Shown here: in pieces, positions 29,870-38,216 of the stretch
Numbering within the stretch: position 1 is the stretch's first letter
Layout: each line of letters opens with the position of its first letter
Virus record (IMG/VR): IMGVR_UViG_2565956762_000004
Length of the DNA: 39,628 nt
Origin: a virus
Lineage: Duplodnaviria > Heunggongvirae > Uroviricota > Caudoviricetes
Strand: one strand, 5' to 3'
Program-made: the position numbers and the translations under genes
The notes under the pieces: generated by a model
What the model saw: only the letters and a program-made list of their open reading frames with translations
What the model was told of the DNA's origin: nothing
Databases searched by the model: none

Positions 29870-30192
29870 ACTTTCAGGCCCCTCTCATGTAACCAGTGGG
29901 TTGCACGCAGCCTTGCGTTTTCCTCACCGGCAAGCAGTGCGCGGATAATCCCGACCGCCTCGCTGTCGTCGTCCTTCACCGCGGTATGAAGCGTTATCCC
30001 CCGGGCCACGCCACGCTTTATCGTGATGACGCCTTTTTTCTCCAGTGCGCGAAGATGCTCTACCGCTGCATTCACTGAACGGTATCCCAGCATGGTTGCC
30101 ACCTCCTGATTGGTTGGCGGAAAGCCACGCTCTTTCTGATAAGAAATCAGCATATCCAGCACCTGCTGCTGGCATTGAGTTAACGTCGTCAT
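29866..30192 (-). CDS. LexA N-terminal-domain-like winged-helix DNA-binding protein (no peptidase domain)
   Basis: LTQCQQQVLDMLISYQKERGFPPTNQEVATMLGYRSVNAAVEHLRALEKKGVI parallels the LexA DNA-binding domain; start ATG overlaps the upstream stop (ATGA). Confidence 0.5.
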   Translation of the reverse strand: MTTLTQCQQQVLDMLISYQKERGFPPTNQEVATMLGYRSVNAAVEHLRALEKKGVITIKRGVARGITLHTAVKDDDSEAVGIIRALLAGEENARLRATHWLHERGLKV

Positions 30193-30686
30193 TACGCCCC
30201 CACGTAATTCCCTGACAGATACCACTCATCACTCGATACAGCGCGCTTGCTGCTTTTCCGTAAACACAGCTCACGACGCGCCAGAAAATTGTTTCGTTCT
30301 GGCTGGGAGTGGCTTTCACGGAATGCCGCCATCCACACGGTTGCAGCACGACGGTATAAGCCCCTGGACTCCAGTTCTTCAGCCTGGCGGGTCAGGCACA
30401 AAATCACCCGTGGATCGTTAGTGCCGACATAGAAATTGCGCACAGGTCTGGTTTCTCGAACTGGTTGTGGTTCCGGTTCCTGCGCTCTCTCAGTCAGGCG
30501 CGGGAAATGTCTGCGTGTATCTCCTTCACAACGGTGAGCCACACGCCCACTCTGACGTAACTTGCTTGCAGACTGCAGAACGCGCTGCCGTGAGTAACCT
30601 GCAAAAGCATCCGCAATGTCTCCGGAAGTACACCCCGGATGGGCTTCAATGAATTTCTGAACGTCATTTAACAGACTCATGATCAC
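30192..30686 (-). CDS. PerC-family-like putative regulator
   Basis: 164 aa; weak motif match only (LYRRAATVW). Confidence 0.3.
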   Translation of the reverse strand: MIMSLLNDVQKFIEAHPGCTSGDIADAFAGYSRQRVLQSASKLRQSGRVAHRCEGDTRRHFPRLTERAQEPEPQPVRETRPVRNFYVGTNDPRVILCLTRQAEELESRGLYRRAATVWMAAFRESHSQPERNNFLARRELCLRKSSKRAVSSDEWYLSGNYVGA

Positions 30687-31624
30687 CCTCTGAATCCTGT
30701 CGGGATCTGGCTGTAGTCCACGTTGTCGTAACTGGCTTTGAAGTACGGGTCCTCGCGTTTTTCGGTGTACGTGCTGACGGACGGCGATAAGCGCAGGGAA
30801 AGCTCATCCCATTTTTCCCGCAGCTTCGACGGGCTGAGCACGTTACGGCACCAGAACGGATCGCGGCTGACGCGGCTGTACATCTCGCAGATTTGTTTGT
30901 GAGTACGCCCATCCTGTACACACATCAGGCGAATTTCGTTTGCCCAGGCTGTCCAGTTCGGTTCTTTGGGACGAACCACCTCGCCGTCACATTCGGCAGC
31001 CTGCTCGTACAGGGCGATGATTTTTTTCCAGAGCCACTGTGCGCAGGTCAAATCATCCTTCGTCCCCCACTGGCGCTTTTTAGGGCTGAATACAACCGCA
31101 TCAGGATGGCGAGTTAAAAAATCCTGTTCATCCGTCTGCGTGTCCGGTTGCGAAGCGTCCGGACGAGAAGGTTTTTTATCTGACGGATCATGTTTTGATT
31201 TTACTGACGGATCCCCGCCAGATTCTGACGGGTGAAAACCCGCTTTTTTGCCAGATTTCGACGCATCAAATTTTGACGGGTCAGATTTTGATGCGTCAGA
31301 TTTTGACGGGTCAGAATCTGACAGTTGAGAAAATGCCGCTGCCTGAAGCTTCGCAACGTTAAGCTGATAAACATTCGACGCATTGCGGTTACCCTGGCGA
31401 CGCGCCTTACGCGTTAACCAGCCTTCTGCTTCCAGCCGTGCGATAGCCGTTCTGACGGTACTCATCCCCGCGCCAATTTGACGGGCAATGGTTTCAATTG
31501 ATGGCCAGCACACACCTTCGTCATTACTGAAATCAGCCAGGCGGGCCATAATTGCCACGCTGGATAACTTCATGCCTGATGCAGCGCAACCATCCCATAC
31601 ATAACCGGTTAATTTAGTGCTCAT
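30683..31624 (-). CDS. replication initiator (lambda O-like, N-terminal HTH) with repeat-encoded linker
   Basis: 313 aa; winged-helix N-terminus; central DPSKSDASKSDPSKFDASKS repeats encoded by the DNA iterons. Confidence 0.6.
   Translation of the reverse strand: MSTKLTGYVWDGCAASGMKLSSVAIMARLADFSNDEGVCWPSIETIARQIGAGMSTVRTAIARLEAEGWLTRKARRQGNRNASNVYQLNVAKLQAAAFSQLSDSDPSKSDASKSDPSKFDASKSGKKAGFHPSESGGDPSVKSKHDPSDKKPSRPDASQPDTQTDEQDFLTRHPDAVVFSPKKRQWGTKDDLTCAQWLWKKIIALYEQAAECDGEVVRPKEPNWTAWANEIRLMCVQDGRTHKQICEMYSRVSRDPFWCRNVLSPSKLREKWDELSLRLSPSVSTYTEKREDPYFKASYDNVDYSQIPTGFRG
31172..31325. repeat. iteron-like direct repeats (about 8 copies, consensus near ATTTTGACGGGTCAG) inside the initiator gene
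   Basis: Repeats at roughly 15-24 bp spacing followed by an A/T-rich stretch at 31161-31171. Confidence 0.5.
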
Positions 31625-31633
31625 AACCGACCT

Positions 31634-31972
31634 CTATTTCCCTGAATTTACGACGAAACTGTTCGAGCGGACTGAAGCATTCATGCTCATAACCTTCGCG
31701 GAGGTAGATAACCCGTTGTGTTTCCGGCTCCCAACGAATGACTCTGACGGGCACTCCGTAGTGATCTTTGAACCAGCGGTTAACTTGTCGCAAAGGACTG
31801 TCTCCTTCTGCCGGTTGAAATCACCCACAGCCCACTCTGCAAAGCTGTGGGTTACAATTTCCCTGTCACCTGGTACATTCACTGCATAGCAATATTCCAC
31901 CTTCGCTTTTCCACCCGGTACAGGAAGCGCAATCAGTTGCGAGCGACGGTAGTGTGTTGTTAAACTGTTCAT
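31634..31972 (-). CDS. hypothetical early protein (112 aa; size and position match e14 YmfM from memory)
   Basis: ORF between ymfL-like and initiator genes, same strand. Confidence 0.4.
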   Translation of the reverse strand: MNSLTTHYRRSQLIALPVPGGKAKVEYCYAVNVPGDREIVTHSFAEWAVGDFNRQKETVLCDKLTAGSKITTECPSESFVGSRKHNGLSTSAKVMSMNASVRSNSFVVNSGK

Positions 31973-32538
31973 GCGTTAGTTTCTCCACAACCAGAAGCAA
32001 TCGACGCCACGACGCCCGGAGCTGCACACTCGCGGGCGTCATTACTTTCTGAAATGCAAAAAATTTTGTAGACAAGTGCTGCATGCTCCTGCAGCTTCGA
32101 AATTGAGAGATACAGCTCGTCGTTAATTGCTGTCTTCTCATGCGGTTCCACTACACCGTCTTCGATTGCTGAACGAATCTGTTTTGAATAACTGCCGATC
32201 TGTTCAATGACTTCCAGCAGACGCTGGTTAATATCGGCGTTGTCCACATCCTCGACGTCAGGAAGAGACACAAAGACGCCATTTGCAGACTGCGCCACAG
32301 CATCAGCAATGAAGTGAGTGCCACCAGCACGCTGTAAAACCATTGCCCATCCCAGCGGGAAAATCTGATCGCCATCTGCACGAAGGCGGTTGAATAAAGC
32401 GTTTTCTGTTACATCGAGCCAGTCAGCCGCTTCAGCGTAACCACCCGGCAACGCCGCGATAGTTTTTCTGACAGCTTTCACGTACCACTCAGGCTGTTTT
32501 TCTACTTTCCAGTGATGCTTACCCACGATTAGCCTCAT
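31969..32538 (-). CDS. hypothetical early protein (189 aa; size and position match e14 YmfL from memory)
   Basis: First large gene after cro on the rightward-equivalent operon. Confidence 0.45.
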   Translation of the reverse strand: MRLIVGKHHWKVEKQPEWYVKAVRKTIAALPGGYAEAADWLDVTENALFNRLRADGDQIFPLGWAMVLQRAGGTHFIADAVAQSANGVFVSLPDVEDVDNADINQRLLEVIEQIGSYSKQIRSAIEDGVVEPHEKTAINDELYLSISKLQEHAALVYKIFCISESNDARECAAPGVVASIASGCGETNA

Positions 32539-32569
32539 CGTTCTGTGGTTAAAAATTGAAAGTGTTCTG

Positions 32570-32770
32570 CTAATCTTTCGGATAGATATCCGGTCTTAAG
32601 TCAGATTTCGTAATTGCACCTGACGTGCATTGCTCAAGTTTTTTAGCCAGCACAAAACTGGCTTTTTTATAGCCATTGAAAACCAGCCGTAAGTAGCCAG
32701 GTGTTGAGCCAACTTTTCCGGCCAACTCGCCCTGCTGTTCTTTGGTTAAAGAGTCCCAATACGCTTTCAT
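32570..32770 (-). CDS. Cro-like repressor (66 aa, start at MKAYWDSL)
   Basis: Small HTH protein divergent from cI; GGAGGT Shine-Dalgarno ahead of the ATG. Confidence 0.55.
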   Translation of the reverse strand: MKAYWDSLTKEQQGELAGKVGSTPGYLRLVFNGYKKASFVLAKKLEQCTSGAITKSDLRPDIYPKD

Positions 32771-32775
32771 ACAAT

Positions 32776-32845
32776 ATGTACCTCCGGTGTACATATTACA
32801 TGATTGAAATGAACCTTCAAGATACTTGTACCTTAACGGTACAAG
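32776..32845. promoter_or_regulatory. OR-like operator/promoter region with two palindromes
   Basis: ATGTAC-N7-GTACAT at 32776-32794 and CTTGTACC-N5-GGTACAAG at 32825-32845; candidate minus-strand promoter TTGAAG-N16-TAATAT (32820-32793). Confidence 0.45.
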
Positions 32846-32860
32846 GGTTTTAATTTCGTT

Positions 32861-33535
32861 ATGAAAACAATCCATGACATCCGGCGGTCTAACGCCAGAA
32901 AACTGAGAGATGGTGTTGGCGGGAATTCTTCCTTTGCCACTATGATTGATCGCGAGCCAACCCAGACCAGCAGGTTTATGGGAGATGGTGCTACTAAAAA
33001 TATCGGTGACAACATGGCACGACACATCGAAAAATGTTTCGACCTGCCTGTCGGATGGCTCGATCAAGAACACCAGACAACGAACATCACAAAAAAACCT
33101 GATGTTTCAATCACTAATAAACAAATCACATTAGTCCCTGTCATATCATGGGTACAGGCCGGAGCATGGAAAGAAGTTGGATATTCTGAGGTTGATTTGA
33201 GCACAGCAGAAACGTATCCCTGCCCTGTACCCTGTGGGGAAATGACTTATATCTTGCGGGTGATAGGTGATTCAATGATTGATGAGTACCGCCCGGGAGA
33301 CATGATTTTTGTCGATCCTGAAGTACCTGCCTGCCACGGTGACGACGTTATTGCATTGATGCACGATACAGGTGAAACCACCTTCAAAAGGTTGATAGAA
33401 GATGGGACACAGCGTTATCTCAAAGCGTTAAACCCAAACTGGCCTGAGCCTTACATTAAGATCAACGGTAATTGCTCTATAATTGGAACTGTGATTTTCT
33501 CAGGAAAACCAAGAAGATACAAAATCAAAGCCTAA
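32861..33535 (+). CDS. cI-like repressor (HTH plus S24 LexA-like peptidase domain)
   Basis: N-terminal HTH, C-terminal VIGDSM serine motif and downstream Lys; divergent from cro. Confidence 0.8.
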   Translation: MKTIHDIRRSNARKLRDGVGGNSSFATMIDREPTQTSRFMGDGATKNIGDNMARHIEKCFDLPVGWLDQEHQTTNITKKPDVSITNKQITLVPVISWVQAGAWKEVGYSEVDLSTAETYPCPVPCGEMTYILRVIGDSMIDEYRPGDMIFVDPEVPACHGDDVIALMHDTGETTFKRLIEDGTQRYLKALNPNWPEPYIKINGNCSIIGTVIFSGKPRRYKIKA

Positions 33536-33547
33536 TCAATGTTTATG

Positions 33548-33571
33548 AACCTGCTTCGGCAGGTTTTTTTA
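33548..33571 (+). terminator. intrinsic terminator after cI
   Basis: AACCTGC-TTCG-GCAGGTT stem followed by TTTTTTT. Confidence 0.6.
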
Positions 33572-33574
33572 TAC

Positions 33575-33603
33575 TTGACAATGTACCCTTGAGATACATA
33601 ATG
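33575..33603 (+). promoter_or_regulatory. pL-like early promoter (TTGACA-N17-ATAATG) flanked by ATGTACC operator half-sites
   Basis: Consensus -35, 17-bp spacer, 5/6 -10; ATGTACC occurs at 33581 and 33601. Confidence 0.5.
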
Positions 33604-33691
33604 TACCTAAGAGAAACAACAAACAGGCAGGACGCCCACGAAGTAGCCGCCTGGGGCATATGAAGTCCAGGATGATTCGTTAGCAACAAAA

Positions 33692-33724
33692 AAGCGCCCT
33701 ACAGGACGCTTAGCTCTTTAACAA
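33692..33724 (+). promoter_or_regulatory. nut-like antitermination element: hairpin plus rrn-type boxA GCTCTTTAACAA
   Basis: 12/12 match to the rrn boxA core as I recall it, preceded by AAGCG-N10-CGCTT hairpin, about 110 nt downstream of the pL-like promoter. Confidence 0.4.
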
Positions 33725-33769
33725 TCTGGTCCCCATCAACAAGTAACTGATAACTTGAGGAGGTGTGAA

Positions 33770-33976
33770 ATGCACAAAACAGAACCCAAAATCGTCGCGC
33801 CCGGATACACAAATGAGGAAATTTACGAGTGGATGGCAAAGAAGCTGGCAGCTATAAACCAGCTTCGTGAAGTGCTGTCTTATCGACAGGAAACAATAGA
33901 CTCCTTAAAAAAACTGGATCAGGAAATCACGGTTTTATCACAGGATGTTACTTTAGATATTGTGCAGACAAATTAG
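33770..33976 (+). CDS. small early protein (68 aa) in the N-gene position, not Arg-rich
   Basis: Strong GAGGAGG Shine-Dalgarno before the ATG; no arginine-rich motif. Confidence 0.4.
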   Translation: MHKTEPKIVAPGYTNEEIYEWMAKKLAAINQLREVLSYRQETIDSLKKLDQEITVLSQDVTLDIVQTN

Positions 33977-34382
33977 GATCCCATTCATTTTCGTCAAAAT
34001 CATCAAAGTGATGAATTTGTGATCTCCAGTCTCGATAATCTAAAAATTTCTGGGCGGTTACGCTTATTTTATCAAGTGTGAGTTCATCCTGAATTGAAAG
34101 AAGAAGTTCATCAAATTTCATCTCATTAATCTGTTTTGGCATCCAGTGATGCTTCATCAGAATAAGGTGAACCAGAGCCTTTTTCCCATTCAACTGATTA
34201 TAGGGAGTGCCGAATTTCTTCCGGTGCTCATGTAAGACAAGATCCAGAAGAGTAAGTAATGTTGCCCTTGATTCCACTTTGCTTATTTCGACTGATGACA
34301 CTACCCCACTGATTTCAATGCCCCGATACTTTCCAACATTTTCACAGTGGGATTTGTACAACGTGTAGATATTACCGGACAT
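33948..34382 (-). CDS. reverse-oriented low-GC moron, hypothetical 144-aa protein
   Basis: Complete ORF antisense to the early operon; no motif recognised. Confidence 0.5.
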   Translation of the reverse strand: MSGNIYTLYKSHCENVGKYRGIEISGVVSSVEISKVESRATLLTLLDLVLHEHRKKFGTPYNQLNGKKALVHLILMKHHWMPKQINEMKFDELLLSIQDELTLDKISVTAQKFLDYRDWRSQIHHFDDFDENEWDPNLSAQYLK

Positions 34383-34397
34383 TTCTTTTCCTTTTGC

Positions 34398-34449
34398 GTT
34401 GTTGGGGATAACCAGATTAACCGAATCCTTGTTGTTGGGGAATAACCAG
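34398..34449. repeat. two direct repeats GTTGTTGGGG(A)ATAACCAG, 33 bp apart, upstream of the minus-strand moron
   Basis: Seen directly at 34398-34415 and 34431-34449. Confidence 0.35.
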
Positions 34450-34713
34450 GTCCACCTCGCCTGATGTGGCTAAAAGCAGGCACATAACAGCTAAGTATTT
34501 TCAACCAGAGAGAATCCTTAGCGTTGTGGTGAATGCTGCTCAGCGCACGCGGGTTAAGGTTGAGGCTGACAGTCGACCTTCTGTGGATACCCACCCGCCT
34601 GGTGTGCAACCTTCGCCAGGCACCGGGAGGCACCCGGCACCACAACTTTATGCTGTGTGTAGTCTTGGCGGTACCAGCTTGTACCCTTGCTTCCGGCTGG
34701 TACCGTCCTTTTT

Positions 34714-34802
34714 ACAAAACAGAGAAGAGCATCACCGGACGACGGGCTCATAACTCAATCCATCCGGGCGGCTGCCACCGCAGGTGTTCTTCTCTGTTTT
34801 GT
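34714..34802 (+). other. long imperfect hairpin (17-bp arms ACAAAACAGAGAAGAGCA / TGTTCTTCTCTGTTTTGT, ~53-nt GC-rich loop) within a GC-rich non-coding island
   Basis: Arms are reverse complements with one mismatch; a second 9-bp-stem hairpin lies at 34670-34704. Confidence 0.4.
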
Positions 34803-34850
34803 GGAGAAACTAATCGGCCTTGCAGGGTCGATATGATGAGGAGCAGCAAA

Positions 34851-35213
34851 ATGGCTAGCGAACGCAGTACTGATGTGCAGGCATTTATCGGGGAGCTGGA
34901 CGGCGGCGTATTTGAAACCAAAATCGGCGCAGTTCTCAGTGAAGTCGCTTCCGGTGTGATGAACACGAAAACCAAAGGTAAGGTCTCACTCAACCTGGAA
35001 ATCGAACCATTTGATGAGAACCGAGTGAAAATCAAACACAAACTCTCATATGTTCGCCCGACTAACCGCGGGAAAATTTCTGAAGAAGACACCACCGAAA
35101 CGCCGATGTATGTCAATCGCGGTGGTCGCCTGACTATTCTGCAGGAAGACCAGGGACAATTACTGACTCTTGCCGGTGAACCTGACGGAAAACTCCGCGC
35201 AGCAGGTCATTAA
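34851..35213 (+). CDS. hypothetical early protein, 120 aa (YfdP-like by size and neighbours)
   Basis: GAGGAG 7 nt before ATG 34851; the longer ORF-track N-terminus is Arg/Cys-rich and non-protein-like. Confidence 0.5.
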   Translation: MASERSTDVQAFIGELDGGVFETKIGAVLSEVASGVMNTKTKGKVSLNLEIEPFDENRVKIKHKLSYVRPTNRGKISEEDTTETPMYVNRGGRLTILQEDQGQLLTLAGEPDGKLRAAGH

Positions 35214-35278
35214 TATCGTTCTTAATTAACTGATTATTTATCTCATCACTGAATATCTTTATATAGTGAGGACTTATT

Positions 35279-36103
35279 ATGTCTCAGAACTTAGACGCAA
35301 CCGCAATTAATCAAATCCATGCTATTATTTCTGCTCAGGGTGTTAATGAAATTATCAGTAAGATTGGTGCCGATGCTGTAGCATTGCCTGAGAATTTCCG
35401 CATTCATGATCTGGAAAAATTTAATTTAAATCGCTTCCGTTTCCGTGGTGCGCTTTCCACTGCCAGCATCGATGACTTTACCCGTTATTCTAAAGATCTT
35501 GCAGATGAAGGCACCCGCTGCTTTATCGATGCTGATAATATGCGTGCCGTCAGTGTGCTTAACCTGGGTACTATTGATGAACCAGGTCACGCAGATAACA
35601 CCGCCACTCTCAAACTGAAAAAGACAGCACCGTTCTCTGCACTGTTGTCTGTTAACAGCGAGCGTAACTCCCAGAAGTCACTGGCAGAATGGATTGAAGA
35701 CTGGGCCGACTACCTTGTGGGTTTTGATGCTAATGGTGACGCTATCCAGGCAACAAAAGCGGCTGCGGCTGTCCGTAAAATCACGATTGAAGCAAACCAG
35801 ACCGCTGATTTTGAAGATAATGACTTCAGCGGCAAACGCTCCCTGATGGAGTCTGTCGAAGCGAAGACCAAAGACATTATGCCAGTGGCATTTGAATTTA
35901 AATGCGTTCCGTTTGAAGGTCTGAAAGAACGTTCTTTTAAATTACGCCTCAGCATTATCACTGGCGATCGTCCTGTACTTGTTCTGCGCATTATTCAGCT
36001 GGAGGCGGTGCAGGAAGAAATGGCTAACGAATTTCGCGATCTGCTTGTTGAGAAATTCAAAGACAGCAAAGTAGAAACCTTTATTGGTACTTTCACCGCC
36101 TGA
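35279..36103 (+). CDS. DUF2303-like early protein, 274 aa (YfdQ-like)
   Basis: Size and gene order with the following HD-domain gene match the yfdQ-yfdR pair I recall from a K-12 cryptic prophage. Confidence 0.5.
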   Translation: MSQNLDATAINQIHAIISAQGVNEIISKIGADAVALPENFRIHDLEKFNLNRFRFRGALSTASIDDFTRYSKDLADEGTRCFIDADNMRAVSVLNLGTIDEPGHADNTATLKLKKTAPFSALLSVNSERNSQKSLAEWIEDWADYLVGFDANGDAIQATKAAAAVRKITIEANQTADFEDNDFSGKRSLMESVEAKTKDIMPVAFEFKCVPFEGLKERSFKLRLSIITGDRPVLVLRIIQLEAVQEEMANEFRDLLVEKFKDSKVETFIGTFTA

Positions 36104-36231
36104 TTTGATTACTGCAAATGCCCCTGCGGGGGCATTTATGGAAACGTAATTAACTCAATAATCTCCGGATGGTGAGGGCTTCCTTTTACCAGAATTCAGT
36201 GCGGTGCAGCGCAAATAACGTGGAGAACAAA

Positions 36232-36780
36232 ATGTCATTTATTAAAACTTTTTCTGGGAAGCATTTTTATTATGACAGGATAAATAAAGACGACATCGTT
36301 ATTAACGATATCGCGGTTTCCCTTTCAAATATCTGTCGCTTTGCAGGACATCTTTCACACTTCTACAGCGTCGCCCAACATGCGGTTCTTTGCAGCCAAC
36401 TGGTACCGCAGGAATTTGCTTTTGAAGCGTTAATGCATGATGCAACAGAAGCGTATTGCCAGGACATCCCCGCTCCACTGAAACGCCTTCTTCCTGACTA
36501 TAAACAGATGGAAGAAAAAATAGACGCCGTAATCCGTGAGAAATACGGGTTACCCCCGGTTATGAGTACGCCCGTGAAATATGCCGATCTCATCATGCTG
36601 GCAACCGAACGCCGCGATCTCGGGCTTGATGATGGCTCTTTCTGGCCTGTACTGGAAGGCATCCCGGCAACAGAGATGTTCAACGTGATTCCACTGGCAC
36701 CGGGCCATGCCTACGGGATGTTTATGGAACGCTTTAAAGAGCTGCATAAGATGCATAAACAATCCAGACAGCGAAATTAA
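36232..36780 (+). CDS. HD-domain phosphohydrolase (YfdR-like 5'-deoxynucleotidase), start at MSFIKTF
   Basis: H...HD metal-binding motif (AQHAV ... ALMHDATEAY). Confidence 0.6.
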   Translation: MSFIKTFSGKHFYYDRINKDDIVINDIAVSLSNICRFAGHLSHFYSVAQHAVLCSQLVPQEFAFEALMHDATEAYCQDIPAPLKRLLPDYKQMEEKIDAVIREKYGLPPVMSTPVKYADLIMLATERRDLGLDDGSFWPVLEGIPATEMFNVIPLAPGHAYGMFMERFKELHKMHKQSRQRN

Positions 36781-36808
36781 CTAGTGAAATAGTTTTGTAG
36801 CAAAAGAA

Positions 36809-37069
36809 ATGAGGTTATCAAAAATGCTTCAAATGCTGACACTTGAGGAATGGGCTGCGGAAAAATACAGAAGTAATCCTCCAAGCGTGTCCACATTGCG
36901 TCGTTATGCTAAGCAGAATTTATTTTGTCCACCGGCAATGAAACAAGGTCGACTATGGCGAGTGCGTGAGGACGCAGAGTTAGTTGGGGAATTAGTTACT
37001 CCTGTCATCAAGAAAAATGATTCTATTATTCTACAAAGGATTTTAAGTAATGGCAGCCAGACCACGTAA
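36809..37069 (+). CDS. excisionase
   Basis: Small basic protein immediately upstream of and overlapping int. Confidence 0.55.
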   Translation: MRLSKMLQMLTLEEWAAEKYRSNPPSVSTLRRYAKQNLFCPPAMKQGRLWRVREDAELVGELVTPVIKKNDSIILQRILSNGSQTT

Positions 37070-38177
37070 AAATAATGTTTCAGTCCCGAACTTGTATCCG
37101 CTTTATAGTAGAAAAGTAAATAAAGTCTATTGGCGATATAAACATCCTGTGACCGGGAAGTTTCATTCTTTAGGCACAAACGAAGCTGAAGCCATTGCTA
37201 TTGCCACTGAGGCAAATTCACGCCTGGCTGAGCAAAGAACCCGGCAGATTCTGGCTATCAGTGACAGGATCGCAACCAGCAAAGGAAAAGCAATCACAAC
37301 GTCAACCTGGTTAGATCGCTATCAAGCAATCCAGGATGACAGACTGGAAAGTGGCGATATAAAGCTAAACACCTATAAACAGAAAGCCAAACCAGTATCC
37401 TTGCTCAGGGAACGAGCAGGAATGAAATTAATTTCATCAGTTGATGTAAGGGATATAGCACAATTACTTGACGAGTATATCACTGCCGGGCAACCGAGGA
37501 TGGCGCAAGTAGTCCGCTCCGTTCTAATTGATGTATTCAAGGAGGCACAACACTATGGGGAAGTCCCTCCGGGCTATAATCCAGCACTGGCAACCAAACA
37601 ACCCAGAAGAAAAATTACCCGACAACGGTTAAGTCTTGAAGAATGGCAAAAAATCTTTGATATCGCAGATGCACGCCATCGTTATATGGGGAATGCCATG
37701 CTGTTAGCACTGGTTACCGGCCAACGGTTAGGTGATATCTCACGTATGAAATTTAGCGATATTTGGGATGATCATCTTCACGTCATCCAAGAAAAAACCG
37801 GGAGCAAAATCGCCATCCCGCTTTCCCTTCGCCTCAATGCAATTAACTGGAGTTTACGCGATGTAGTAGCCCGCTGCCGTGACTATGCAGTCAGCCCATA
37901 CCTTGTACATTTTTTTCGTACTACTTCACAGGCTGAACGTGGCGCGCAAGTAAAAGCCAATACATTGACGATGAATTTCAGTAAAGCGAGGGATTTAGCA
38001 GGCATTGACTGGGGTGAAGGTTCGCCCGCCACATTCCATGAACAAAGATCTTTATCTGAGCGACTTTACGAAGCTCAGGGCGTCGACACCCAAAAACTTC
38101 TGGGACATAAATCGCCTAACCAGACAGCTAAATACCATGATGATCGTGGTAAGGAATGGGCAAAAATCAAGGTTTGA
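37050..38177 (+). CDS. tyrosine integrase (lambda Int family)
   Basis: 375 aa; C-terminal catalytic region LLGHKSPNQTAKYHDD with H/R/Y residues. Confidence 0.85.
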   Translation: MAARPRKNNVSVPNLYPLYSRKVNKVYWRYKHPVTGKFHSLGTNEAEAIAIATEANSRLAEQRTRQILAISDRIATSKGKAITTSTWLDRYQAIQDDRLESGDIKLNTYKQKAKPVSLLRERAGMKLISSVDVRDIAQLLDEYITAGQPRMAQVVRSVLIDVFKEAQHYGEVPPGYNPALATKQPRRKITRQRLSLEEWQKIFDIADARHRYMGNAMLLALVTGQRLGDISRMKFSDIWDDHLHVIQEKTGSKIAIPLSLRLNAINWSLRDVVARCRDYAVSPYLVHFFRTTSQAERGAQVKANTLTMNFSKARDLAGIDWGEGSPATFHEQRSLSERLYEAQGVDTQKLLGHKSPNQTAKYHDDRGKEWAKIKV

Positions 38178-38196
38178 ATTTTACAAAATTGAATGA

Positions 38197-38216
38197 TACT
38201 GTATATGCATACAGAA
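38197..38216. promoter_or_regulatory. LexA (SOS) box TACTGTATATGCATACAGAA
   Basis: CTGT-N8-ACAG with A/T-rich spacer, close to consensus; between int stop and the next gene; candidate promoter TTGAAA-N17-ATAATG at 38236-38264. Confidence 0.55.

Noticed and set aside
29924-30349. 141-aa Arg/Gly-rich ORF overlapping the LexA-domain and PerC-like genes
   Set aside because: Alternative-frame shadow of two better-supported genes; composition is not protein-like.
31172-31325. Possible CRISPR array suggested by regularly spaced repeats
   Set aside because: Repeats are about 15 bp, imperfect, lie inside a coding region and encode a repetitive linker; no unique spacers of CRISPR size and no cas genes. 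Iterons fit better.
34398-34449. Type III toxin-antitoxin repeat array upstream of the minus-strand moron
   Set aside because: Only two imperfect repeats are present and the adjacent protein does not resemble ToxN/AbiQ; treated as possible regulator binding sites instead.
34383-34850. Retron msr/msd, tRNA or tmRNA in the GC-rich structured island
   Set aside because: No reverse transcriptase ORF (no YADD-type motif) anywhere nearby; no GTTCGAATC-type T-loop or CCA-ending acceptor arrangement seen. Left as an unassigned structured element.
34533-35213. 226-aa ORF as annotated in the ORF track
   Set aside because: The first ~105 residues are Arg/Cys-rich and come from the GC-rich structured island; a GAGGAG Shine-Dalgarno precedes the internal ATG at 34851, giving a 120-aa protein.
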